From positions 45-64,044 of the forward strand of contig CASJPF010000015.1 of NCBI GenBank assembly GCA_949383255.1: a stretch of 64,000 nt of DNA, in the 5' to 3' direction. Source of the DNA: Lachnospiraceae bacterium. Lineage in GTDB: Bacteria; Bacillota; Clostridia; Lachnospirales; Lachnospiraceae. Of this stretch, positions 10,858 through 19,465 are shown one piece after another. The translations under genes were made by a program, and so were the position numbers. Positions within the stretch are counted from its first letter, which is position 1; each line of letters begins with the position of its first letter. The notes under the pieces were generated by a model. That model did not search any database and had not been told where the DNA came from. It saw nothing but the letters and a program-made list of their open reading frames with translations.

Positions 10858-11787
10858 ATGGCTTCACAGGAAAAGAAAAGAAATATAACATGGAAAGAGA
10901 TAAAAAAGCAGAAAATATTAATTATATGGTCACTTATTATAGTGGTATATGGTGTTATTTTTTGCTATCTGCCGTTAGCTGGGTGGGTGATGGCATTTCA
11001 GAACTACAAACCAAAAGATGGGTTGTTCCACTCCGCTTTTGTGGGATTGGCTAAATTTAAACAATTGTTTTCTGATGATACTTTTATTCGTGTTATTAGA
11101 AATACACTGGGCATGGGTGTGATCAATCTGGTAGTTACATTTGTTGCGGCAATTGTGTTTGCAATTTTGTTGAATGAAGTAAAATCAAATGGAGGAAAGA
11201 AAACTGTTCAGACAATCTCGTATCTGCCGCATTTCCTTTCTTGGATTATTGTTACAGGGATTCTTCATGATGCGCTGTCCAGCACAGGAATTATTAATGA
11301 GCTGCTTTTAAAACTTCATATTTTGGATCAGCCGCTCAATTTCTTTGCACACCCAAAATATTTCTGGCCGATTGTTGCATTTGCAAATGTGTGGAAAGAG
11401 ACAGGCTGGAATGCAATCATTTATCTATCTGCAATTACAGCGATAGACCCATCACTCTATGAAGCAGCAAATATGGATGGCGCTGGGCGTTGGGCGCGTA
11501 TCCGTTACGTGACACTTCCTGGAATCAAACCGACAATTATGATTTTATTGTTGATGAATGTGGGTAATGTGTTAAATGCAGGTTTTGAAATTCAGTATTT
11601 GCTCGGAAATGGTTTGGTAAAGAGCGTATCAGAAACAATCGATATTTATGTGTTGAAATGGGGTATCAGCCAGAATGACTTTTCCATTGGTACTGCAGCA
11701 GGTATCTTTAAGAGTTTTGTAAGTATCGTGCTAATCATAATTGCAAACCAGATTGCAAAGAAAAACGGCGAAGAGCGGTTATTCTAG
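10858..11787 (+). CDS. Carbohydrate ABC permease (LplB-like)
   Basis: QTISYLPHFLSW; EAA motif LYEAANMDGA. Confidence 0.92.
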   Translation: MASQEKKRNITWKEIKKQKILIIWSLIIVVYGVIFCYLPLAGWVMAFQNYKPKDGLFHSAFVGLAKFKQLFSDDTFIRVIRNTLGMGVINLVVTFVAAIVFAILLNEVKSNGGKKTVQTISYLPHFLSWIIVTGILHDALSSTGIINELLLKLHILDQPLNFFAHPKYFWPIVAFANVWKETGWNAIIYLSAITAIDPSLYEAANMDGAGRWARIRYVTLPGIKPTIMILLLMNVGNVLNAGFEIQYLLGNGLVKSVSETIDIYVLKWGISQNDFSIGTAAGIFKSFVSIVLIIIANQIAKKNGEERLF

Positions 11788-11800
11788 GAAGGAGAAGCAA

Positions 11801-12703
11801 ATGGAAAAGGTAAAAAGTACTAAAATAAAAACTTCTGCAGGGGATAAAGTGTTTGTTGTATGCAATACTTTGTTTATGATTTTGTTTGTAATTATTACAT
11901 TGTATCCAGTATTGAATACACTTGCAATTTCATTTAATGATGGTACAGACGCACTCAGAGGTGGTATCTATCTTTTGCCAAGAAAGTGGACTTTAAAAAA
12001 TTATATCACAGTGCTCCAAAAACAAAATCTAATTACAGGTGCTTACATTACAGTGGCAAGGACAGTTATAGGAACGCTGCTCGCGCTGGTAGCAAATGCA
12101 ATTCTTGCTTTTATCGTAAGTAGGAAGAACTTTCTCTTTAAACAGGAACTTTCCTTGTTTTGGGTTATTACAATGTACGTTAATGGTGGCATGATTCCTA
12201 CCTTCTTATTATATAGAGGTCTTCATTTGACCAATAGTTTTTGGGTTTATGTAATTCCTGGAATGTTCAGCGCGTTCAATATGTTGGTAATTCGTACATA
12301 TATGACGGGAATCCCAGACAGCCTTGAGGAGTCAGCACAGCTTGATGGTGCAGGATATACAACAATTTTTATAAAAATTATATCACCGCTCTGCAAACCT
12401 GTATATGCGACAGTCGCACTTTTTGTAGCAGTAGGACAGTGGAATTCATGGTTTGATGCTATGCTGTATAATAGAATGAGTTCTCATTTGACAACATTAC
12501 AGTATGAATTGATGAAATTGCTGTCTTCTGTTACCAATCAGGGTACTTCAGCGGAGGCGATGAAGAACGCGGCGGGAACTGTTACGCCAACTTCGGTTCG
12601 TGCGGCAGCTACGATTTTAACAATGCTTCCAATCATTTGTTTGTATCCGTTTTTACAGAGATATTTTGTAACTGGACTTACAATTGGTGGTGTAAAGGAA
12701 TAA
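11801..12703 (+). CDS. Carbohydrate ABC permease (LplC-like)
   Basis: LEESAQLDGA motif; C-terminal YPFLQRYFVTGLTIGGVKE; start placed at the ATG after AGGAG. Confidence 0.92.
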   Translation: MEKVKSTKIKTSAGDKVFVVCNTLFMILFVIITLYPVLNTLAISFNDGTDALRGGIYLLPRKWTLKNYITVLQKQNLITGAYITVARTVIGTLLALVANAILAFIVSRKNFLFKQELSLFWVITMYVNGGMIPTFLLYRGLHLTNSFWVYVIPGMFSAFNMLVIRTYMTGIPDSLEESAQLDGAGYTTIFIKIISPLCKPVYATVALFVAVGQWNSWFDAMLYNRMSSHLTTLQYELMKLLSSVTNQGTSAEAMKNAAGTVTPTSVRAAATILTMLPIICLYPFLQRYFVTGLTIGGVKE

Positions 12704-12713
12704 ATTTTTAGGA

Positions 12714-12742
12714 TTGCTGACTTGCGACGAAATGGTTATAAT
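12714..12742 (+). promoter_or_regulatory. Putative sigma-A promoter for the second SBP
   Basis: TTGCTG-17 nt-TATAAT. Confidence 0.55.
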
Positions 12743-12775
12743 GAGTATAAAGATATAAGAAGAAGGAGTCAGCAG

Positions 12776-14455
12776 ATGAGGAGAAAGACCATACTAAGGG
12801 TTGTTCTAATTGGGGTTGTGTTGACCTTATTCTTTGCAGTGAGGATAACAAACAGCAAAAAAAATCGGGAAATTAAGGAGTTTACAGCCTTTTTTGATGT
12901 TCCTGGGAACGAGATTGATGAGGATAATGAGATTAGAGAACTGATCGCACAGAAAATTGGCGCGCGTTGTCAGGAACAGTGGCTTTCTGGAAAGTCTGCT
13001 GACGAGGCAATCGCTTCGTATATTGCAAGTGGTGAGTACACAGATTTTATTTCAGGTAACATGGTACTTTACGAGGCGGGGGCATTGATACCAATTGATG
13101 TATATTGGGATGATTACCCAAATATCAAAAATTTTTTGACACTGGAATTGTGGGATAGATTTCGACAGGCAGATGGGCATGTTTATTGGATTCCACAGTT
13201 TGGTATTGTACATGGCAAGGTTGCGGAGGTGTTGCATGAAGGTGAGGCATTTTGGATACAAACACGCGTTCTTAAATGGGCAGGATATCCTGATATTCGT
13301 ACATTGGACGAATACTTTGACTTACTTGAAGCATATGTAGCAGAGAATCCATTGATGGAAAATCCATTTCGGCGGGGGGAGATGGTGGAGAGCATTCCGT
13401 TTACGATACTTTGTGATGATTGGAGATATTTCTGCTTGGAAAATCCGCCGCAATTTCTGGATGGATATCCTAATGATGGAAGCTGTATGGTGGATGTGGA
13501 TATGCAGACGGTGATGGATTACAATAGTTCTGAGACTGCCAAAAGATATTTTAAAAAGCTGAATGAGGAATATAACAACGGAATTATTGACCAAGAATTT
13601 TTTACGCAGAGTTATCAGGAATATCTTGAAAAACTTGCTAGCGGAAGAGTGCTTGGCATGGTGGATCAGTGGTGGCAGTTTGCATACTCCGTCAATACTT
13701 CTCAGGATCGAATGCCTGTGCAAGGATATGGATATGTGCCATTGCCAATTACGATCGATAGAGGAATTAAAAATCAGTGGCATGTAAAACGAGGGACGGA
13801 ATTGAGTGTGGCAGATGGTATTTCTATTACAGTGAGTTGTAAAGATTTGAAGGGAGCGATGCAGTTTATCAATGATCTTCTCGATGAGGAAATTCTAAAG
13901 CTTAGGTATTGGGGTATTGAAGGGATAGATTATGATGTGTATGAAAATGGAGTGTATTACAGGACGCCAGAGCAGAGAGCGCGTGCGAGAAATCTAGATT
14001 ACAGTGATGCACACTTTTGTATCTATTCTCATTTTCCGAGAATAGAAGGGATGTTGAGTGATGGCATCAATGCATTTTCTCCTGAATATCAGGCGGATGA
14101 ATTTCTGAATGCGTTGGCTCCCGATGTGAGGGAATGTCTAGTGGCATACAAATGCAGAAACTATGTGGAAATGCTTGGAACGAACAGTGAGCCGGGACCT
14201 TGGTATCCTATGTACTCGTATTCTGAAATGCTCACGCCAGAATCGGAGGCGGGAAGAGTGTGGGAACAGATGAAAAGTGTTAAAAATGATTATCTTCCAC
14301 GCGTTGTAATGACAGAGGATTTTGAAGGAATGTGGCAGCAGTATATGGAACATTATACGGCGTGCCAGCCTGAAATCTTTTTTGAGGAAATGCAAAGGGA
14401 GCTTGAGCGCAGGATAGCACTTGCTAAACAAATTAAAGCTTATAGTAAGTATTAG
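12776..14455 (+). CDS. Second solute-binding protein paralogue with N-terminal TM anchor (no lipobox)
   Basis: Shares long motifs with 9020-10765 (IKEFTAFF.VPG.EI, TILCDDWRYFCLEN, PGPWYPMYSYS). N-terminus MRRKTILRVVLIGVVLTLFFAV has no Cys. Start placed at the ATG after AGGAG. Confidence 0.85.
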   Translation: MRRKTILRVVLIGVVLTLFFAVRITNSKKNREIKEFTAFFDVPGNEIDEDNEIRELIAQKIGARCQEQWLSGKSADEAIASYIASGEYTDFISGNMVLYEAGALIPIDVYWDDYPNIKNFLTLELWDRFRQADGHVYWIPQFGIVHGKVAEVLHEGEAFWIQTRVLKWAGYPDIRTLDEYFDLLEAYVAENPLMENPFRRGEMVESIPFTILCDDWRYFCLENPPQFLDGYPNDGSCMVDVDMQTVMDYNSSETAKRYFKKLNEEYNNGIIDQEFFTQSYQEYLEKLASGRVLGMVDQWWQFAYSVNTSQDRMPVQGYGYVPLPITIDRGIKNQWHVKRGTELSVADGISITVSCKDLKGAMQFINDLLDEEILKLRYWGIEGIDYDVYENGVYYRTPEQRARARNLDYSDAHFCIYSHFPRIEGMLSDGINAFSPEYQADEFLNALAPDVRECLVAYKCRNYVEMLGTNSEPGPWYPMYSYSEMLTPESEAGRVWEQMKSVKNDYLPRVVMTEDFEGMWQQYMEHYTACQPEIFFEEMQRELERRIALAKQIKAYSKY

Positions 14456-14459
14456 GAAT

Positions 14460-14920
14460 TGTTATGATATTATCAACATTGCGAAAAAATGTGGAAAGCC
14501 AGTGATTTTTGTAGTGCTTTGTGGCAGCGCTACGGCACTTACATGGGAACAGGATTATCTCGATGCCAGATGGTATTCTAATGTGCAAAATAGAAAGGCA
14601 ATTACGGATATTTTGTTTGGTGAGGTAAATCCTTAAGGAAAACTTCCGGTTACTTTTTATAAGACAATGGAAGAACTTCCTGATTTTGAGAATTATTCGA
14701 TAAAGGAATGCACCTATCGTTACATGACACAAGAGGCGCTCTATTCGTTTGGATGGGTTGTCTTATACAGATTATGAATATCGAGACATTACATTTGTTG
14801 GAATTCCAAGGGTGAAAAATGGTGTGGAGATTGTTTTTACAGTTAAAGATATAGGAAAGATGGATGGAATTGCAACCGTGTAAGCCTATGTAAAGACAAA
14901 GCGGGAAGGTGCGTCAAATG
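14460..14920 (+). pseudogene. GH3 beta-xylosidase C-terminal remnant
   Basis: GKPVIFVVLCGSA...AITDILFGEVNP*GKLPVTFYKTMEELPDFENYS...TYRYM with an internal stop and frameshifts; no N-terminal half. Confidence 0.8.
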
Positions 14921-14980
14921 CTAAGAGATATCCTTTTCCTACTTGATTGTATATGGACACAACAAGTAGGGAAAAAATTT

Positions 14981-15068
14981 GTTGCTGTTCATTCTGTTCT
15001 AGTAACAAGTAAAAATCCGTGTAAAATTTACAGTACAAACAAATTTGTTGCACAAATGGATTTTTGTT
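14981..15068 (-). mobile_element. Partial, inverted copy of the GTTACTGTTCAC MITE
   Basis: GTTGCTGTTCATTCTGTTCTAGTAACAAGTAAAAATCC...CAAATGGATTTTT aligns with the reverse complement of the right half of 28922-29071. Confidence 0.7.
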
Positions 15069-15207
15069 GTAATAGGGCAGTTTATCTGAACTGTTACCAA
15101 AAATCCCTTATTCAATTAAGATAGCAGTTCTTGAGTAGCTTTTATTGAAAACAAAGATAAAATGAATAGGTATTCAAGCAAAAATAGTATTTTGAGGAAA
15201 GGAATAA

Positions 15208-16338
15208 ATGATGAAAAAGCAATATCGCAATATATTCGTAGAAATTGGGATTGAACCAACAGAGATAGAAGCACGTCTTCAGGAAATTCGGTATAATTAT
15301 TTTTATGGAAATGAGGAGCGCGTCTATTATCCAGTAGGGGACGATATGGCATACATTATGGATACGGGGAACAATGATGCTCGTACAGAAGGTATGTCTT
15401 ATGGGATGATGCTCTGTGTACAACTTGATATGCAAAAGGAGTTTGACCGTCTTTGGAAATGGGCAAAGACCTATATGTGGATGTCAAATGGATTTCACGA
15501 GGGGTATTTTGCATGGTCTTGCGCGACCGATGGCACAAAAAATGCGGACAGCCCTGCGCCAGATGGAGAGGAATTTTTTGCAATGGCGCTTTTCTTTGCC
15601 TCACATAGATGGGGAGATAGGGAAGGTATTTTCAATTATTCTCACGAAGCGAAAGAAATTCTAAGAGCATGTCTTCATAAAGGGGAAAATGGCAGATCTG
15701 GGGTTCCAATGTGGAATCATGATAATCATCAGATTTTATTTGTGCCCGGAAGTGATTTTACAGATCCATCTTATCATCTGCCACATTTTTATGAGTTGTT
15801 TGCATTATGGGCATATGAGGAAGATAGGGATTTCTGGAAACAGGCAGCAGTGGAGAGCCGCAAGTACTTAATTAAGGCATGTCATGAAAAGACTGGTTTT
15901 TCAGCGGAGTACGCTGAGTTTGATGGAAGCCCAATGCGTAGGAAATTACCGTGGACAGACGACAGACATGATTGGTTTTATAGTGATTCTTATCGCACGG
16001 TGGCAAACATTGGATTGGATTATGAATGGTTTGGAAAAGATGAGGGGCAGTGTCATGCAGCGCAGGCGATACAGGAGTTTCTGCTAGAGGATTGTAGAAA
16101 AAATACATATCATATTTATGAGATTAATGGAAGTATAGCAGGGGAGCTGGCACTTCATCCAATAGCAATTTCAGCAACTGTGGCAATGTCAACGTTGGCA
16201 GCCACCACAGATTACAGTAAAGAGTGGGTTGAGAATTTCTGGAAAACGCCTATGCGCACAGGAGAGAGAAGGTATTATGATAATTGTCTGTATTTCTTTG
16301 CTTTCTTGGCGCTCAGTGGTAATTACAGAATTTGGTAA
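15208..16338 (+). CDS. GH8 reducing-end xylose-releasing exo-oligoxylanase (Rex-type), intracellular
   Basis: DARTEGMSYGMM, PAPDGEEFFAMAL, FTDPSYHLPHFY and RRYYDNCLY motifs; no signal peptide. Confidence 0.9.
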   Translation: MMKKQYRNIFVEIGIEPTEIEARLQEIRYNYFYGNEERVYYPVGDDMAYIMDTGNNDARTEGMSYGMMLCVQLDMQKEFDRLWKWAKTYMWMSNGFHEGYFAWSCATDGTKNADSPAPDGEEFFAMALFFASHRWGDREGIFNYSHEAKEILRACLHKGENGRSGVPMWNHDNHQILFVPGSDFTDPSYHLPHFYELFALWAYEEDRDFWKQAAVESRKYLIKACHEKTGFSAEYAEFDGSPMRRKLPWTDDRHDWFYSDSYRTVANIGLDYEWFGKDEGQCHAAQAIQEFLLEDCRKNTYHIYEINGSIAGELALHPIAISATVAMSTLAATTDYSKEWVENFWKTPMRTGERRYYDNCLYFFAFLALSGNYRIW

Positions 16339-16351
16339 TTTCTTGTTACAA

Positions 16352-16380
16352 GCATCAAGTCACGTTCTGGGGCTTGATGC
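16352..16380 (+). terminator. Hairpin after the GH8 gene
   Basis: GCATCAAG / CTTGATGC stem. Confidence 0.5.
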
Positions 16381-16510
16381 ATCTCTGCCACTATGTTTTC
16401 TAAACGAAATTGTAATCTGTTACTACAGAAATTTTAAAATTATAATTGACATGTTTTGCTGATTATGGTAACATATATCTCGGTAATAACAGTAAAGCTG
16501 TTATGAACTA

Positions 16511-16583
16511 GCTGCTATAGCACAGTCGGTAGTGCGTCGCATTGGTAGTGCGGAGGTCACGGGTCCGATTCCCGTTAGCAGCT
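16511..16583 (+). tRNA. tRNA-Thr (GGT)
   Basis: Acceptor stem GCTGCTA/TAGCAGC, anticodon arm CGCA-TTGGTAG-TGCG, T arm ACGGG-TCCGATT-CCCGT. Confidence 0.93.
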
Positions 16584-16589
16584 TAATGT

Positions 16590-16614
16590 AAGCCTAGATT
16601 TTCTAGGCTTTTTC
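16590..16614 (+). terminator. tRNA terminator
   Basis: AAGCCTAGA / TCTAGGCTT followed by a T-tract. Confidence 0.7.
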
Positions 16615-16665
16615 TTTTGTGTGTTGCATTTCATGTTGCATACTCCAAAAATGGGACATTTTCCA
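16603..16665 (-). pseudogene. Probable 3' tail of a tyrosine integrase facing the tRNA
   Basis: The minus strand reads ...SMQHEMQHTKEKA*, with tandem TGTTGCAT repeats. I recall this tail from Lachnospiraceae phage integrases next to tRNA att sites. Confidence 0.45.
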
Positions 16666-16940
16666 AAAGCAGGGTATCGAAAGCGGCTGTTATGTACTAT
16701 CTATGAAAACATTTTTCTGTCTTTTAGAGAAACAGCCAGAATTACGCATAACACAAATAATTCAGGAGCAACAGGAAGAGTCTGGAACTTGCTAAGGTTC
16801 ATGGGTTTCTTAAGTGACACATACTTTTTACTCTCAAGTATAGTAAGTAGTATCATCAATTATCCAAAGGCATTTAGTTTTTACTAGGTGCTTTTGTTTA
16901 TGTACACGGGTGTCCAAATGAAATATGTCAGCAAGCTGGC

Positions 16941-16987
16941 GGACACCCGGCGCATGAGTAGGGGAAGATAAAACTTCCCTACTCGAT
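16941..16987 (+). mobile_element. Possible group IIC intron scar (5' end fused to domain VI)
   Basis: CACCCGGCGCATG followed directly by the hairpin GAGTAGGGGAAG...CTTCCCTACTCGAT, whose CCTACTCGAT end resembles IIC 3' ends. Confidence 0.4.
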
Positions 16988-17034
16988 TGTAAAAACATAA
17001 AGGACTGGAAAACCAATCCTTTTTAGTGTCTGTA

Positions 17035-17333
17035 TTATTCAATACTCATCCCTGCAAAGTCAATTTCAAAGTCTTTATATATTCCAGCTTTTAATTTATC
17101 TGAAAAAGAATATTGTTCAAAAGTATCATGTTCAAAATTGTAAACTATTATCGATTCTTTCATAGGATCAACAGTCTAGTATTCTCTACCTCCTGCTGTT
17201 CTATATTTGAATAATTTCTTGTTATAATCCATTTGACGACTGGAAGGTGATATTATTTCAATAATCCAATCCGGCGCGCCCTTGCAACCCTCGTTTGTGA
17301 GTTTATCTTTATCCCATATAACAGTTATGGATG
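17035..17333 (-). pseudogene. Uma2-family (PD-(D/E)xK) endonuclease, 5'-truncated with nonsense codon
   Basis: GAPDWIIEIISPSS..MDY.KKLFKYRTAG.REY*TVDP (TAG where W is expected), continuing in frame to ...FEIDFAGMSIE*. Confidence 0.8.
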
Positions 17334-17335
17334 GA

Positions 17336-17451
17336 TTCCACAGCCATTGTGGATACTGCTCTCCGAGCGAATATGAAAAGCAATATCTGGACAGAATGGA
17401 AGCAAAAATGCAGGAAATCGGATACTTGTACTTTTTCTTGACATAGTACCA
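17336..17451 (+). mobile_element. IS3-family right-end fragment
   Basis: Encodes HSHCGYCSPSEYEKQY (IS3 transposase C-terminus type) and ends in ...CTTGACATAGTACCA, a TG..CA-type terminal repeat. Confidence 0.6.
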
Positions 17452-17530
17452 CTTCTGGAGAAACAAACTGATGATACAAGTCATCAATGATAATATAAAC
17501 GGTTAAAATAAAGTCTTCAAAAACTACCAA
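17452..17530 (-). mobile_element. IS982-family transposase N-terminal fragment
   Basis: FEDFILTVYIIIDDLYHQFVSP resembles IS982 transposase N-termini; cut off by the IS3 end. Confidence 0.55.
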
Positions 17531-17535
17531 ATGCC

Positions 17536-17985
17536 TTAATAATATTTATAGTCCCCTATTCTGAAATAGTGATAATCGGATATAAGGTCTTTTAGTGTAA
17601 TGCTTTTTAAACTATCACATAAATCATTTTGAATTTTCTGGTAAGAACGATTTAATACGTTATGAATATTTTTTCCTATTGGGCAGAGTGGTGAAGGCAA
17701 TGAATGAATACCAAACAATTTTGAAACAAAGTCTGGTTCTATCGCTTTACATATACGATGGATTGTTATTTCTTCTAATGGACAGTTGAGTGTTGCGCCG
17801 CCTGTTCCAAATTTAACGGATATGATACCATCCTTTTTCAATGAACTTAAAATATTGCGAATTGTAACAGAATTACTTCCAGTGGATAATGATAAAAGTT
17901 CACTGGTTACTTTTTTCTTTTCTCCGTATTCATAAATAAAAATAAGACAATGAATCGCAACGGAACACTTTGTACTGATATGCAT
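17536..17985 (-). CDS. Rrf2-family transcriptional regulator (HypR/SaiR/YwnA-like)
   Basis: MHISTKCSVAIHCL...TSELLS.STGSN.V.IR.IL..LKK.G, C-terminal CPIGKNI; start placed at the ATG after GGAGGAG. Confidence 0.88.
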   Translation of the reverse strand: MHISTKCSVAIHCLIFIYEYGEKKKVTSELLSLSTGSNSVTIRNILSSLKKDGIISVKFGTGGATLNCPLEEITIHRICKAIEPDFVSKLFGIHSLPSPLCPIGKNIHNVLNRSYQKIQNDLCDSLKSITLKDLISDYHYFRIGDYKYY

Positions 17986-18030
17986 AGTATTTCTCCTCCT
18001 ATAAAGAATTGTACCATAAATGTGTTTTGA

Positions 18031-18088
18031 TGTAAATCTTGACATTACACCTTTTGCCTGTTATAATGGTGTAAATTTAAAAATTACA
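18031..18088 (+). promoter_or_regulatory. Sigma-A promoter overlapped and flanked by two Rrf2-type operators
   Basis: TTGACA(18039)-17-TATAAT(18062); TGTAA-N9-TTACA palindromes at 18031-18049 and 18070-18088. Confidence 0.75.
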
Positions 18089-18100
18089 GGAGGTTTGTAT

Positions 18101-18868
18101 ATGAATATTTCACAAATTATATTTAGTCCGACTGGAGGAACGAAACGAGTTACAGATATAATAACAAAAGCGTGTGGAATGCCAGTCAGCGAAATTGATT
18201 TGACGAATGCAGAATTTGATTATGCTTCTGTTCATATGAAAGAAGATGATATTGCGGTTCTTGCAGTTCCTTCTTATGGTGGGCGTGTTCCGCCTCTCGC
18301 AACCCAAAGAATTTCAAAAATTTGTGGTAATCGAGCACAATGCATTATTGTTTGTGTATATGGAAATCGAGCATATGAGGATACTTTGATAGAATTGAAG
18401 GATATTGCAGAAAAAAGCGGTTTCAAAGTAATTGCTGCGGTTACAGCCATTGCGGAGCATTCCATCATGCATCAGTATGCAGCAGGAAGACCTGATGCCA
18501 AAGATAAACAAGAGTTACAAAATTTTGCTAAAAAAATTGTAGAAAAAATAAACAATAATGTGACAGAAACATCTGCACCACAAATGCCAGGGAACTATCC
18601 ATATAAGAAAGCAGGTGGAACAGGTTTGGTACCAAAAGCTGATAATAAATGCACGAATTGCGGACTCTGCGCCCAAAATTGTCCAGCGCAGGCAATAAGT
18701 AAGGAAAATTTCAAGGATACAGACAGTAAAAAGTGTATTTCTTGTATGCGTTGTGTTGTAAAATGTCCTCAATCGGCTCGCAAAGTAAATGGCGCTATGG
18801 TTTCAGTTGCTGCATTAGCAATGAAAAAAGTGTGTTCAGCAAGAAAAGCAAATGAGTTGTATATCTAA
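18101..18868 (+). CDS. Flavodoxin-like + 2x[4Fe-4S] ferredoxin protein (EFR1 type)
   Basis: FSPTGGT flavodoxin loop, VYGNRAYEDTL, CTNCGLCAQNCP and CISCMRCVVKCP. Confidence 0.88.
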   Translation: MNISQIIFSPTGGTKRVTDIITKACGMPVSEIDLTNAEFDYASVHMKEDDIAVLAVPSYGGRVPPLATQRISKICGNRAQCIIVCVYGNRAYEDTLIELKDIAEKSGFKVIAAVTAIAEHSIMHQYAAGRPDAKDKQELQNFAKKIVEKINNNVTETSAPQMPGNYPYKKAGGTGLVPKADNKCTNCGLCAQNCPAQAISKENFKDTDSKKCISCMRCVVKCPQSARKVNGAMVSVAALAMKKVCSARKANELYI

Positions 18869-18887
18869 ATTCTGAGAAAAATATATG

Positions 18888-18921
18888 AAAGCAGAGATTC
18901 GAGAGAAATCCCTGCTTTTTT
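18888..18921 (+). terminator. Terminator after the ferredoxin gene
   Basis: AAAGCAG.GATT / AATCCCTGCTTT followed by a T-tract. Confidence 0.6.
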
Positions 18922-19003
18922 GTGGGCAAAATTAAATTCATCACTTGACAATGTTGCATAGAAATCCCCATTGGTTAGCGATAGTTTACAGGAGGTGCAA
19001 ATT

Positions 19004-19160
19004 GTGGAGAAATTGACACCAATTAAGGCAGTCAAAAAAATGCTTAGATTGTTGTTGTAATCAAATTGCAGAAGTACGCCTGCATTCTGCTGTCGATTGT
19101 CCTTTATGGGCGTATTGTATAGGAGATAGACCGAGAGAGTTGAAGGACTGTAAAATGTAA
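19004..19160 (+). pseudogene. Frameshifted small Cys-rich phage-type protein
   Basis: RBS GGAGG, then EKLTPIKAVKK / CLDCCCNQIAEVRL.SAVDCPLWAY across a frameshift in an A-run. Confidence 0.5.
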
Positions 19161-19188
19161 GATAGCCTCCTATTTCTTGAGAATAAAG

Positions 19189-19401
19189 GACATTATGAGG
19201 AGAAGGCTAACCACAGGCAGGCAGATCCATAGATTCCGACCGAAACGAAGTGCAAAATAAGCACTCGAAGTAGTTAGGAAAGCATGTAACAACAAAAGGT
19301 ATAGGGCTATAGAAAGAAGAATGTCGGAAAGCCGTGTGAAGAACTTCATGCATGGTTTGATAAGGGGGGAAAGAGGGCGAAAACCCTCTAACCTATTCTA
19401 T
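19189..19401 (+). mobile_element. Internally deleted group II intron (class E-like): 5' domain I part + domains V/VI, no RT ORF
   Basis: Domain V-like GAAAGCCGTGTGAAG..CTTCATGCATGGTTTGATAAGGGGG at 19327, domain VI hairpin AGAGGG-CGAAA-ACCCTCT ending ...TTCTAT; upstream AGGCTAACCA...TCCGACCGAAA resembles intron 5' regions. The 5' boundary is approximate. Confidence 0.65.
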
Positions 19402-19465
19402 CAGACCCGCACAGAAGAAATAAGGTGCTATGACATTGTACGGGTCAGTATTTTTCCAATACGCT

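Noticed and set aside
17176-17530. ORFs 17176-17487 and 17309-17530 as real genes
   Set aside because: They are chimeric frames spanning IS982, IS3 and Uma2 fragments.
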